DNA of 35,749 nt from Sandaracinaceae bacterium (lineage in GTDB: Bacteria; Myxococcota_A; Polyangia; Polyangiales; JADJQN01), in the NCBI GenBank assembly GCA_947483975.1, contig CANKOL010000008.1:1-35749 (forward strand). The letters run 5' to 3'. The position numbers and the translations under genes are program-made. This document shows positions 25,518-35,018 of the stretch, piece by piece. Every line of letters begins with the position of its first letter. The first letter of the stretch is position 1. Under the pieces are notes generated by a model, which saw nothing but the letters and a program-made list of their open reading frames with translations, made no database searches and was not told the origin of the DNA.

Positions 25518-25570
25518 CGTGGTAGCCGTATCGCGACCGCGCTCATCGCGCCAGATGCTAACGTGCCGCG

Positions 25571-27130
25571 ATGCGTCGCAACGCGATGGCTGCCGTGTGG
25601 TTCGTCGGCGCGTGCGCCTCGACCGCGCTCCTCGGCAACGCGGCCTTCCCGAGCGAGAGCCCGGCCCAGGCGCCCCCGAGCGCGCCGACGCTGCGTTTCC
25701 TCGACGCGTCGAACGCGCCGCGCACCGGGGCGCGCAGCGCGCTCGCGATCTCGCACGCCGTGACCAACGACGCGACCCTGCCCCGCAGCGCCGCGTGGGA
25801 AGTAACGAGCCCCGCCGACCCGGACAACCTGCGCCTCGAGCTCGACGACGGCGCGAGCAGCGCGCTCACCTCTACCGTGACGCTCGAGTCCATCAACCCC
25901 CGAAACGGCGTCGCCCGCGGGCGCCTGACCGGGCTGCCGCTGACGCGCCCGACGCCGAGCGTCCCGTTGCGCTCGACGTTCGTCCGCCTCGTCGCGGACG
26001 CGATCGACGCCGAGGCGCCGGGCGTCTCGGACCGCGTGCTTCGCGTCGCGCTCGGGGACGTCGTCCGGGCGACCTACGTCGACGCCATGGGCCGCGCCAC
26101 CGTCACCAGCCTGCGCGTGGTCCCTTCCGCCGCGGCGGGCGGTGAGCGCGTCCTCTACCGCGGTCGGCTGCGCGTGCGGGTCCTGCGGAACACCGCGGGC
26201 GGCGCTCCCTCCATCGGCGCGACCGACGCAGACGCGCTGCGCTTGGCTCGCGAGCAGGTCGAGATCGCCAACGAGGCGTGGGCGCAGTGTGGCCTGACCT
26301 TCGGCCCGCCAGACTCCGCCGACGTCGCCGTCGTCGACCCGCCGGTGTCCGCGCTGCTCGCGGTCGCAGACCTCGACGGGCTCCCGGCGAAGGGCGGCGG
26401 CACGGTCCGCTTCACCGTCGCCGGGCGCGCGATCCGGCCCGTCGCGACGCGGGCCGGGGAACGTCCGCTCGGCACGGCGCTGCGCCTCGCAGACGCCGTG
26501 CGCGCGCTCGGCTTCGTCGCGCAGGTCTTCGAGAATATGCCGACGGAGCTCGCGACCGGGCGCAGCGCCGACCTCGTCGTGCGCGCGCGCGACGGCACGC
26601 CCGCCGTCCTCGCTCGCGACGGCGACGCGCCGCTCAGCACGGACGCGCGACAGAGCGTCAGCCTCGGTCGCGTGCAGCTCGACGACGGCCTGCAGGAGTT
26701 CGAGAACATGACAGCGGTCGTCGGCACGCTCGAGGAGCGCGCGCTGCTCCGCCTCCTCGCGGACGACGATCCAGGCACCGTCGACATCTTGGTGATCGAC
26801 CACTTCACCGGGCATACACGGCAAGGAGAGGCGTTCATCGAGGGCGACGGCGGCACCATCGCGAACGCGCTCGTGCTCGATCGCAATGGCGTGCGGCAAG
26901 AGCGCGAAGCGTGGACGCAGGCCCACGAGCTAGGCCATGTGCTGCTCAATCAGCCGTTCCACCCCGACAACGTCGGCCCCGATCGACCGTGGCTGCTGAT
27001 GGACGCGGACGCGAGCCTCGGGCTCGTCACAGGGCCCAAGCGCCTCAGCCCCGGGGAGTGCGCGCGCGTGCTCGTCGAGAGCGGCCCCGACGCGCAGCCC
27101 GCGCTGCTCAGCCGAGTGCCCGTCGAGTGA
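25571..27130 (+). CDS. Secreted hypothetical protein with C-terminal zinc-metallopeptidase-like motif
   Basis: Signal-like N-terminus; AHELGHVLLNQPFH followed by WLLMD; TGC-TAACGT -10 element 6 nt before the ATG. Confidence 0.7.
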   Translation: MRRNAMAAVWFVGACASTALLGNAAFPSESPAQAPPSAPTLRFLDASNAPRTGARSALAISHAVTNDATLPRSAAWEVTSPADPDNLRLELDDGASSALTSTVTLESINPRNGVARGRLTGLPLTRPTPSVPLRSTFVRLVADAIDAEAPGVSDRVLRVALGDVVRATYVDAMGRATVTSLRVVPSAAAGGERVLYRGRLRVRVLRNTAGGAPSIGATDADALRLAREQVEIANEAWAQCGLTFGPPDSADVAVVDPPVSALLAVADLDGLPAKGGGTVRFTVAGRAIRPVATRAGERPLGTALRLADAVRALGFVAQVFENMPTELATGRSADLVVRARDGTPAVLARDGDAPLSTDARQSVSLGRVQLDDGLQEFENMTAVVGTLEERALLRLLADDDPGTVDILVIDHFTGHTRQGEAFIEGDGGTIANALVLDRNGVRQEREAWTQAHELGHVLLNQPFHPDNVGPDRPWLLMDADASLGLVTGPKRLSPGECARVLVESGPDAQPALLSRVPVE

Positions 27131-28531
27131 TCACGGATCGAGCGCGGCACGGAGCGCGTCCGCGAGAGAGCCCACCTCGATCACCTCGATGCCGTCGCGC
27201 TCCTCGGCCGTCAGGCGCTGGGCGTTCCCGCGCGGGATGATCGCCCGGTGGAAGCCCATCTTGCGGGACTCCGTGAGCCTCGGCGCGGCGCGCGGCACGG
27301 CGCGCACCTCTCCCGCGAGCCCGACCTCCCCGAAGACGACGAGGTCCGGCGCGACGGCGCGCTCGCGCAGGCTCGACACGACGGCGATCGCCAGCGCGAG
27401 GTCGAGCGCGGGCTCCTCGACGCGCGCCCCGCCGGCGACGCTAGCGAACACATCGCGATCGAGGACGTGCACGTCCGCCTTGCGCTCGAGCACCGCGAGC
27501 AAGATCGCGAGGCGGTTGCCGTCGAGCCCCGTCGCGACGCGGCGCGCCGCCCCATAGACCGCCGGCGCGACGAGCGCCTGCACCTCGACGAGCAGCGGCC
27601 GTGAGCCCTCGGCGGTCGGCACGACGAGCGACCCCGCCGCGGCGCGCGGACGCTCGGCGAGGAAGAGCGCGCTCGGGTCCGGCACCTCTCGGAGCCCCTC
27701 GCGCACCATCTCGAAGACGGCGACCTCCTGCGCGGGGCCGAAGCGATTCTTGGTCGTGCGCACGAGCCGAAACGCGTGCGTGCGATCGCCCTCGAAGCTC
27801 AGGACGGCGTCGACGAGGTGCTCGAGCAGCTTGGGCCCCGCGATCGCGCCGTCCTTCGTCACGTGCCCGATCAAGAACAACGCGACCCCGGTGCGCTTGG
27901 CGAGATCGACGAGGCGCGCGGTGACCTCGCGCAGCTGCCCGATGCTGCCCGCCGCCGACTCGAGGTCGCCTGAGCGGATCGTCTGGATCGAGTCGATGAC
28001 GGCGACGTCGGGGCGGTCCTTGGCGAACGCCGCCTCGACGTCCTCGAGCTCCGTCGTCGCCTGAACGACGACGTCGTTCACCCCGGGCGACTCGAGCCTG
28101 CGCGCACGCAAGGCGATCTGCGCCGCAGACTCCTCCCCCGTCACATACAGCGTCTTGGCGCCGCGCTCCGCCAGCCCGGCGAGCGCCTGCATCAGCAGCG
28201 TGGACTTCCCGATACCGGGGTCCCCGCCGACGAGCACGACGCTCCCCCCGACGACCCCGCCGCCGAGCACGCGGTCGAGCTCGCCGAGCCCCGTCAGGAG
28301 CCGCCGCGCGTCATCCGCGCGCACCTCCGAGAGCTTCGTCGGAGCGCGGTTCGCGTCCCCGCCGACGCGCGCGCTACCCGCCGACGCGCGCCCGCCGCCC
28401 GAGGACGCCGGGCGGGCGCGCTCCTCGGCGAGCGTCCCCCATGCCTGACACTGTGGACAACGCCCCAGCCAGCGGGGCGACGAGGCCCCGCAAGCCGTAC
28501 ACACATAGACCGTCTGCGCCTTCTTGCTCAT
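27131..28531 (-). CDS. radA: DNA repair protein RadA/Sms
   Basis: CxxC...CPxC zinc finger, ELDRVLGGG, GDPGIGKSTLL, IDSIQT, KNRFG motif, Lon-like C-terminus. Confidence 0.97.
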   Translation of the reverse strand: MSKKAQTVYVCTACGASSPRWLGRCPQCQAWGTLAEERARPASSGGGRASAGSARVGGDANRAPTKLSEVRADDARRLLTGLGELDRVLGGGVVGGSVVLVGGDPGIGKSTLLMQALAGLAERGAKTLYVTGEESAAQIALRARRLESPGVNDVVVQATTELEDVEAAFAKDRPDVAVIDSIQTIRSGDLESAAGSIGQLREVTARLVDLAKRTGVALFLIGHVTKDGAIAGPKLLEHLVDAVLSFEGDRTHAFRLVRTTKNRFGPAQEVAVFEMVREGLREVPDPSALFLAERPRAAAGSLVVPTAEGSRPLLVEVQALVAPAVYGAARRVATGLDGNRLAILLAVLERKADVHVLDRDVFASVAGGARVEEPALDLALAIAVVSSLRERAVAPDLVVFGEVGLAGEVRAVPRAAPRLTESRKMGFHRAIIPRGNAQRLTAEERDGIEVIEVGSLADALRAALDP

Positions 28532-28564
28532 GCGCGAGTGCTCGGCCCTCGAGCGAGCGAGTTG

Positions 28565-30610
28565 CTAGAACTGCACGCCGAGGATGAGGCGGATCATCTG
28601 CGCGTTCTTGAGCGCCGGATTGCCCGTCGAGACCTCGGTCGTGCTGCCGTTCGACAGATAGCCGAGGCCCTGCATCGGGAAGAGCAGGCCGAACTGCGCC
28701 ATCGCGTAGAAGCCGTCGAGGATCTCGGGGCCGTCCTCGCTGCGGTAGTAGAGCGACGCGTCCACCTCGACGCCGAGGTCCGCGCTGTTGCCCCAGGTCT
28801 GCACGGGCGCCGACGCGCGGCTGTAGACGAGATCGACGCGCCCACCGAGCAGCTGCCCGAAGTCGCCACGGATGAAGTCGTAGCTGACGCCCGGGCGGAA
28901 GTAGTACGCGCCGCTGATCTGGCGAAGGATGGAGCGCCAGAGGATCAGGTCGACCCGGTAATTCGGGTGAAAGCGGAAGGTCGAGATGGCGCCGTCGCGG
29001 CCAGGAGCGCGCGCTGTCGAGTCGACGAGTGCGCCGAGACCGTCGTTGCCCGCCTCCGAGTCGCCGCTCGCGAAGCCCCCGTTGAGGTGGAACGCCAGCT
29101 TGTCGTCGAGCAGGCGGAACTCGCCGTCGAAGGTCGCGCCCCACTGCGCGATGTTGAGGTTGGCGCCTGCATAGGCGCCCGTCGTGCCCGTGCCGACGCC
29201 GTTGTTGACGTTGCCGATGCTGCCGAGCACCGCCGCGCCCTCGAACTCGAGCCGCAGCTTGCCGACGAGGAGCTGCGCCCAGACGTCCGGGACCCACTGC
29301 TCCGAGCGGCGACGCACGAGGTACGGGTCGAGGTCGGTGCTGTGCGCGGTGCTCGCCGCGCCGCCCGCGTCGGCGACGCGCCGATCGCTCGAGAGGAGCT
29401 GATAGCGATAGAGGAGGAACGCGCCCGCGTTGAGCACGAGGTCCCCGCGCGCGAGCGCAGCAGACTGCTCTTCCGCCGTCGAGCGGCGCGCGACGGAGAA
29501 CATGTACTGAGTCGCGTCGTCGCGCTGCGCGGGGTCGTAGGGGACCGCGTAGTCCGACACGCTGCCGTCGGCGTTCGCGCGGAGCCGACCGATGACGCCC
29601 GAGCTCGAGAAGTCGTAGGCGGCCATCAAATAAAGCCCAGCGAGCTTCGTGATGGCCATCAAACGATCGACATCGGTCGAGTAGTCGCCGTCGAAGTCGT
29701 CGCCCGCGTTGGCGACCATGCCGAGGCCCCAGTTCCAGCCCATGCGACCGAAGCGCAGCTCGCCGAGCGTCCGATTGCGGACCTCCGCCCACGCGCGGCG
29801 CGCGATGACGGTATCCGTGAGGCCGCTCCCCGAGGACGACGAGGGCAGCGCGGTCGAGCCGAACGAACCGAAGCTCGAGAACGGCGAGCGGCTCCCGTCG
29901 CCGCCGATGATCGAGTCGGGCGTGGAGCCGAGGACGACGTTGTCGAAGACGTCGAGCCACATCTTGATGCGGACGTCGTCGCTGAGGTTGAACTGCGGCA
30001 TCAAGCGAAGCCGCATATTCGTCGTCGCGAGCGCCGCCGTGTCGCACTCGGTCGACGAGCAGCCGCCTGCGACCGACACGCGCCGCTCGACGGGGACCCA
30101 GTTGTCGAAGGGCGTGTACGCGCCGCCGGTCGCCTCGGACCAGGGCCGGCCGACGTTGAACGTGTCGTCGAGCTCGCCACGGGCGCGGAAGTAGCCGTGG
30201 AGCGTCAGGATCGACTGCGGCGCGGTCCAGCCGTCCGGCGTCGAAGGATCGCTCTGCGACTCGGCTCCGCCGTGCGCGAGGCGGGCTTCGTCGTCCTCCG
30301 GGGCGAGCAGGGGCTGGTCCCCTGGCTCCGTGGTCGGCGGGGCGTCCGAGTCGGCTTCTGCGTCGCCTTCCGCGTCCGCGGCGGGACCTGCCGAGGTCGT
30401 GCCGCTGAGGTCCGGCGCCTCGAGGGTCGGGGCGCGCAGCTGAACCTGGTCGTCGCCCTCCTCGTCGGCTTCGGCGTCTTCCTCGTCCGCGACGGGTTCG
30501 GGCGCGCGCACTCCAGCATCGGGGGCGGGGCGCGGGCGGGGCTGGGCGGCGGCGGGCGCGGCCATGAAGGCCAGCGCGACCACGCAATTCACGAGGAGAA
30601 ATCGACGCAT
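28565..30610 (-). CDS. Myxobacterial outer-membrane beta-barrel protein, TIGR04551-like
   Basis: Signal peptide, acidic low-complexity N-terminus, LHGYFRAR, NMRLRL.P, DVFDNVVLGSTP, GRM...WGLG..AN.G, FHPNYRVDLILWR, terminal GVQF (Bam signal). TTGACC-N17-TAAGAC promoter-like element at 30648-30620. Confidence 0.75.
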   Translation of the reverse strand: MRRFLLVNCVVALAFMAAPAAAQPRPRPAPDAGVRAPEPVADEEDAEADEEGDDQVQLRAPTLEAPDLSGTTSAGPAADAEGDAEADSDAPPTTEPGDQPLLAPEDDEARLAHGGAESQSDPSTPDGWTAPQSILTLHGYFRARGELDDTFNVGRPWSEATGGAYTPFDNWVPVERRVSVAGGCSSTECDTAALATTNMRLRLMPQFNLSDDVRIKMWLDVFDNVVLGSTPDSIIGGDGSRSPFSSFGSFGSTALPSSSSGSGLTDTVIARRAWAEVRNRTLGELRFGRMGWNWGLGMVANAGDDFDGDYSTDVDRLMAITKLAGLYLMAAYDFSSSGVIGRLRANADGSVSDYAVPYDPAQRDDATQYMFSVARRSTAEEQSAALARGDLVLNAGAFLLYRYQLLSSDRRVADAGGAASTAHSTDLDPYLVRRRSEQWVPDVWAQLLVGKLRLEFEGAAVLGSIGNVNNGVGTGTTGAYAGANLNIAQWGATFDGEFRLLDDKLAFHLNGGFASGDSEAGNDGLGALVDSTARAPGRDGAISTFRFHPNYRVDLILWRSILRQISGAYYFRPGVSYDFIRGDFGQLLGGRVDLVYSRASAPVQTWGNSADLGVEVDASLYYRSEDGPEILDGFYAMAQFGLLFPMQGLGYLSNGSTTEVSTGNPALKNAQMIRLILGVQF

Positions 30611-30745
30611 TGCGGCCCGGTCTTACACGCGGCCCCCGCGTGGGTCAACGTGAGCGTGCGGAGGGCTCGGCGCGCTCGTCGGTGGAGAATCGCTCGCTCT
30701 CACCTTGACGCGCACCGCTCCGGGCGACTACCACGGCTCGAAATC

Positions 30746-32401
30746 GTGTCCTCTGCCCTCCGCCTTGTCCCACTCGGTGGCCTCGGGGAGATCGGGATGA
30801 ACTGTATGGCGGTCGAGACTGACGACTCGATCGTCGTGCTCGACTGCGGCGTGATGTTCCCGGAACGGGGCCTCGGCGTCGACGTCATTCACCCCGACTT
30901 CTCGTACCTCCTCGAGCGCCGCCACCTCGTTCGCGCGATCGTCCTCACCCACGGGCACGAGGACCACATCGGTGCCGTGCCGTACTTGCTACGGCACCTC
31001 GACGTCCCCGTGTACGGCCCGCCATACGCGCTCGCGCTCGTCCGCGAGCGTCTGCGCGAGCACGAGCTGCTCGATGGCGCGAAGCTCATCGCGACGCGCC
31101 CACGCGCCCGCTACGTCGCAGGCTCGATCGACTTCGAGCCCGTGCGCGTCACGCACTCCATCGCCGACGCGACCGCCCTCGCCTTCCGCACGCCGGCGGG
31201 CCTGTTCGTGCACACGGGCGACTTCAAGATCGACCTCAGCATGGAGGGCGGCGACGCCTTCGACGCCGAGCGCTTCGCCGAGCTCGGTGACGAGGGCGTC
31301 CGCGCACTGCTCAGCGACTCGACGAACGTCGACATCCCGGGCAGCGCCGGCAGCGAGGCGAGCGCCGCCGAGCAGCTCACCTCGATCATCCAGCAGGCCG
31401 ACACGCGCGTCATCGTCGCGATGTTCGCGTCCAACGCGCACCGCATCCGCGCCGTGATCGCGGCGACCCGCGCGGCGGGAAAGCAGCTCTGCTTCCTCGG
31501 GCGCTCGGTGCAGCTGCACGCGCGCGTCGCGGTCGAAGAGGGCTTCCTCGACGACCCCGGCGCGCTGCTCGTCCCGCAAGAGCGCGTGCAGTCGGTCCCG
31601 CGCAACCGCCTCGTCGCCATCGCGACCGGCACGCAGGGCGAGCCCGCAGCGGCCCTCGCGCGCCTCGCGGCCGAGTCCCACCCCACCCTGCGCCTCGAGC
31701 CCGGCGACCAGGTCGTGCTCTCGTCGCGCGTCATCCCCGGCCACGAGCGCACGGTCTCCGCGCTGATCAACGAGCTCGAGCGGCGCGGCGTCGTCGTGCG
31801 CTCGCCGATCACGGACCCAGGCGTTCACGTCAGCGGCCACGCGCAGCAGGACGAGCAGCGCCGCATGATCGAGCTGACGCGCCCCGACGGCTTCGTGCCC
31901 GTCCACGGCAGCTACCACCACCTCCGGCGGCACGCGGACCTCGCGCGCGACATGGGCGTCGGCGAGCACGTCGTCATCGAGAACGGCGCGATCCTCGAGG
32001 TCGACAAGACGGCCATGCGCGTCGTCGGCAAGGCACCTGTGGGCCGCATCAGCGTCGACGCGGGCGAGGAGATCCCCGACGTCGTGCTGCGCGACCGCGC
32101 CTCGCTCGCAGAGAACGGCGTCGTGATGGCGGTGCTCGTCGTCGACAGCTCGGGCAAGCGCCTCGTGCAGGAGCCCGACGTGATCACGCGCGGCGTCCTG
32201 CACGAGGAGGCGTCGCCGGGCCTGCTCGCGGACGCCCGCCGCGACGTCGCGGACGCGCTCTACGCCATGCGGACGCCGCTCGATCAGGTCGACGATGCCG
32301 AGCTCCGCGAGATCGCGCGCCGCGCGCTCAAGCGCTTCTTCTGGCGCGAGCTCGGCCGCAAGCCGCTCACCTACTCGGTCATCGTCAGAGTGCCCCGCTG
32401 A
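30746..32401 (+). CDS. rnj: Ribonuclease J
   Basis: Real start GTG 30746 (not 28538); PLGGLGEIGMN, THGHEDHIG, HTGDFK.D, SDSTN, TGTQGEP, HVSGHA, PVHG. Confidence 0.96.
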   Translation: MSSALRLVPLGGLGEIGMNCMAVETDDSIVVLDCGVMFPERGLGVDVIHPDFSYLLERRHLVRAIVLTHGHEDHIGAVPYLLRHLDVPVYGPPYALALVRERLREHELLDGAKLIATRPRARYVAGSIDFEPVRVTHSIADATALAFRTPAGLFVHTGDFKIDLSMEGGDAFDAERFAELGDEGVRALLSDSTNVDIPGSAGSEASAAEQLTSIIQQADTRVIVAMFASNAHRIRAVIAATRAAGKQLCFLGRSVQLHARVAVEEGFLDDPGALLVPQERVQSVPRNRLVAIATGTQGEPAAALARLAAESHPTLRLEPGDQVVLSSRVIPGHERTVSALINELERRGVVVRSPITDPGVHVSGHAQQDEQRRMIELTRPDGFVPVHGSYHHLRRHADLARDMGVGEHVVIENGAILEVDKTAMRVVGKAPVGRISVDAGEEIPDVVLRDRASLAENGVVMAVLVVDSSGKRLVQEPDVITRGVLHEEASPGLLADARRDVADALYAMRTPLDQVDDAELREIARRALKRFFWRELGRKPLTYSVIVRVPR

Positions 32402-32423
32402 GCGGCTCGCGGCGCGGCGGTCG

Positions 32424-32810
32424 TCAGTTGTACTGGAACGCGACCGGCGAGCCGCCGACCTCGACGCCCATCTGCGTCGCGAGCACGTTGCCGTCGCAGT
32501 CGGTCAGCTTGATGTCCCAGGTGCCGGGGTTGACCGACCAGCCGATCGACCGCCCCGCCGAGAGCGTCTCAGTGCCGAGCTGATCGGGGCCCCACTGCGT
32601 CGTGGACGCAGGCGAGAAGAAGATGCGACAGACGCTGTCGCTCGAGTTGTTGACCACCACGATCGCCGAGCCGGACGTCTGACCCGTCGCGCTCTGAGGG
32701 ATGGTGCTCGAGGTGCCGCGGTTGGGCTGGATGATGCAGCCCGAGACCGCGCCGACCACGACCAGAACCATGAGCCAAACCTTCGCGTTGTTGAGCATCG
32801 AGTTCGCCAT
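32424..32810 (-). CDS. Small lipoprotein with beta-sandwich-like domain
   Basis: Lipobox VSGC; 'VVNNS...VC.I..SP....WGPD.LG...L..G......V.PG.WDIK..DC' pattern. Confidence 0.75.
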   Translation of the reverse strand: MANSMLNNAKVWLMVLVVVGAVSGCIIQPNRGTSSTIPQSATGQTSGSAIVVVNNSSDSVCRIFFSPASTTQWGPDQLGTETLSAGRSIGWSVNPGTWDIKLTDCDGNVLATQMGVEVGGSPVAFQYN

Positions 32811-32837
32811 CCTTTCGAGCTTGGGTCCGTGTGCGCC

Positions 32838-33332
32838 TCAGGCGCCTGCATCCGCCGCTGCTGCGTCCGTGTCGGCGGCGCCGGCGTCGTCACCGCCGGC
32901 GTCGTCACCGCCGGCGTCGTCACTGCCGGCGTCGTCTGGGCCGGCGTCGACGGCCGCGCCGGCGTCGATGGGCGCGACTCCTGCGTCGAGCCCGAGGAAC
33001 GGCACGGTGCCGCCGCCCGGGCCGCAGCCGAGCGAGCAGTCGTCGACCTCGCCGCACGTCGTCGCCAGCGCGTAGCAGGCCTGCACGCGGTCGCGCACGG
33101 CGGGGTCGAGGCCAGCCCCCGCGGTGGCGCACGTCGTGACGCACTCCGCTGCGGTCGCCGTGATCAGGCAGTCGAGGTGAGCGAGGTTCGCGCACGCCTC
33201 TTCGCAGGTGGCGCTCGAGACCTCCGGCGCGCGGCAAGCGGGCGTCGACGCCTCGCCGCAGCCCACCGCCATCAGGAGGGCGAACGTCCCCACGAACGCC
33301 ATGGCTGGACGCAGCGCTGGCACGGCGCTCAC
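32838..33332 (-). CDS. Cys-rich lipoprotein with DAG-repeat acidic tail
   Basis: GTG 33332 overlaps the upstream stop (or ATG 33302); lipobox AVGC; helical CxxxC pattern; C-terminal DAG repeats. Confidence 0.7.
   Translation of the reverse strand: MSAVPALRPAMAFVGTFALLMAVGCGEASTPACRAPEVSSATCEEACANLAHLDCLITATAAECVTTCATAGAGLDPAVRDRVQACYALATTCGEVDDCSLGCGPGGGTVPFLGLDAGVAPIDAGAAVDAGPDDAGSDDAGGDDAGGDDAGAADTDAAAADAGA
32880..32949. repeat. 15-bp in-frame tandem repeat (GCCGGCGTCGTCACC) encoding xDDAG units
   Basis: Four full copies at 32880, 32895, 32910 and 32925, plus a partial copy at 32940. Confidence 0.85.
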
Positions 33333-34906
33333 AGCCCCTCCGCGATGCCGAGCGAGATGCCGAAGTCGTTGCTCGACTGGAACCCCGTCAGCGTGCGTCC
33401 GGGCGCCTCGACCTCGAGCTGCCACAGGCGCCCGTAGTTGAGCAGCACGTAGAACTGCTCGTTGAGATCCCAGCGCACGACGACCTTCACGAGCGTGCTG
33501 TCGAGCTGGAAGATGTCGACGAGTCGGTTGAAATTCTGGCGCGAGTAGAGCGCATAGATGTCGATCTTGTCCGCGAGCCGCGGGACCTGCAGGGACAGCA
33601 CGAACTGCCCGTCGTTGCTGCGGCGGAAGTTGTCGCCGATGTAAAACCGCGCCGAGAGCGCCGTGCGCCGGTCGTCGTCCGAGCCTCGATACAACTCGAA
33701 CGTCATGCCGACCTGGTAGCCGCCGGCCCAGTTACCAGCGCCGAGGCCGTCCAGCGCCTGCTGCTTCGTCGAGAACGCGCCGTCCGCGCCCATCGCGGCT
33801 TGCGTCTCGGGCGTCAGCGCAAACTGCTCGCGCTGGATGTTGTAGTAGCTGTCGAAGTAGTTGGGGACGTAGTTCTGCTCGATGTAGCGAAACTCGCCCT
33901 GCCCACGCACGGAGTAGGCGCCGTACGGGTGGTTGTAGATGAACCAGAGCTGCGCGTGGCCGCCCATCCCGTGGCCAGTGAGGTAGTTCCAGTCGGCGTG
34001 CGCCTCGACGGCGACCTGCGTGCCGAACACGTATTTGTACTCGAAGTCCGCGCCGAGCTCCGTCACCGGTCGCGTCGTGTAGCGCAGGTTGCTCTGGCCG
34101 TCGGTGAGCGCGTGCCCGAACGCGGTCTGCACGGTGAGCGGCGCGCGCAGGTCGCTGACGGCGGACACGTTGAGCTGCAGCTCGTGGCGGTACTCGTAGG
34201 AGTCCGCCGTCTCGTCCATCTCGTAGACGAACGGGCGCAGGGCCAGCGTGCCGCCGAGCAGGCTCGGGGCGACGACGTTGTCCATCACGAAGCGTCCGAC
34301 GACGAACTCGTGGAACTGCCACTCGGCGACGAGCCCCGGCCGGAAGTGGTCGGGGTTGAGGTTGTTCGAGTAGGAGTTGAGGATCGTGCCGTGTCCGAGC
34401 GACAGATCGTATTGAGGGCCGACTCGGACGGTGAAGTAGTAGTCCTCGCGCTCGACTTGCCACGGCAGGCAGAGGCCGTGTTCGCGCTCGAAGCGGCCGT
34501 GTTCGCTCCAATCGACGCGAACACACTGCCCGACGCGGAAGAAGTCCCCGACCTCGTCCCAGTCCTGCTTGCGCAGCTCGCCGTCGCTCACGCGCAGGCG
34601 CAGCGGGATGCGTATCGCGGCTTGCAGGACGTAGAAGCGGAGGTCCGCCGACAGCGTGGGCGCGATGTAGTTGGTCTCGTCGAGCGTCGCGTAGCCGAGC
34701 TCGCCGCCCGCGTGCAGGTCCTGCTCGTCGCCCGCCTCGGTATCGCGCGCAGCCTCGCCGTCCTCGCCCTGCCCTCGCGTCGAGCCCGTGCCGCTCGTCT
34801 GCGACATCGCGATTCCGCGTAACTGCGCCGCCGCGCCGACCGCGGGGAGCGTCGTCGCGAGCAGGGCAGTGCACGCAAGGCAGCGCGCGAGGCTTCGTAG
34901 GAGCAT
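33329..34906 (-). CDS. Exported hypothetical protein, probable outer-membrane beta-barrel
   Basis: Signal peptide; many amphipathic, aromatic-bounded strands (e.g. IDIYALYSR, VKVVVRWDLNEQFYVLLNYGRLW); TTGAAT-N18-TAGCGT promoter-like element at 34945-34916. Confidence 0.7.
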   Translation of the reverse strand: MLLRSLARCLACTALLATTLPAVGAAAQLRGIAMSQTSGTGSTRGQGEDGEAARDTEAGDEQDLHAGGELGYATLDETNYIAPTLSADLRFYVLQAAIRIPLRLRVSDGELRKQDWDEVGDFFRVGQCVRVDWSEHGRFEREHGLCLPWQVEREDYYFTVRVGPQYDLSLGHGTILNSYSNNLNPDHFRPGLVAEWQFHEFVVGRFVMDNVVAPSLLGGTLALRPFVYEMDETADSYEYRHELQLNVSAVSDLRAPLTVQTAFGHALTDGQSNLRYTTRPVTELGADFEYKYVFGTQVAVEAHADWNYLTGHGMGGHAQLWFIYNHPYGAYSVRGQGEFRYIEQNYVPNYFDSYYNIQREQFALTPETQAAMGADGAFSTKQQALDGLGAGNWAGGYQVGMTFELYRGSDDDRRTALSARFYIGDNFRRSNDGQFVLSLQVPRLADKIDIYALYSRQNFNRLVDIFQLDSTLVKVVVRWDLNEQFYVLLNYGRLWQLEVEAPGRTLTGFQSSNDFGISLGIAEGL

Positions 34907-34976
34907 TCGCCTGGAACGCTAACAGGCGGAGCGGCCGACATTCAACAAGCGAAAATCGCGAACCAAAAACAAGTTA

Positions 34977-34992
34977 GGCGAGTCAGCTCACA
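34977..34992. promoter_or_regulatory. CRP-box-like site
   Basis: GGCGA-GTCAGC-TCACA versus the TGTGA-N6-TCACA consensus: one perfect half-site, upstream of the 34906 promoter. Confidence 0.4.
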
Positions 34993-35018
34993 CTTCAGGG
35001 AGAGTCTGTCGCAATGCG

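Noticed and set aside
28538..30745. Apparent 1287-aa RNase J with a huge N-terminal extension
   Set aside because: The extension is the stop-free antisense frame of the TIGR04551-like gene; RNase J homology begins at GTG 30746, with its own TTGACG-N18-TACCAC element at 30705-30734.
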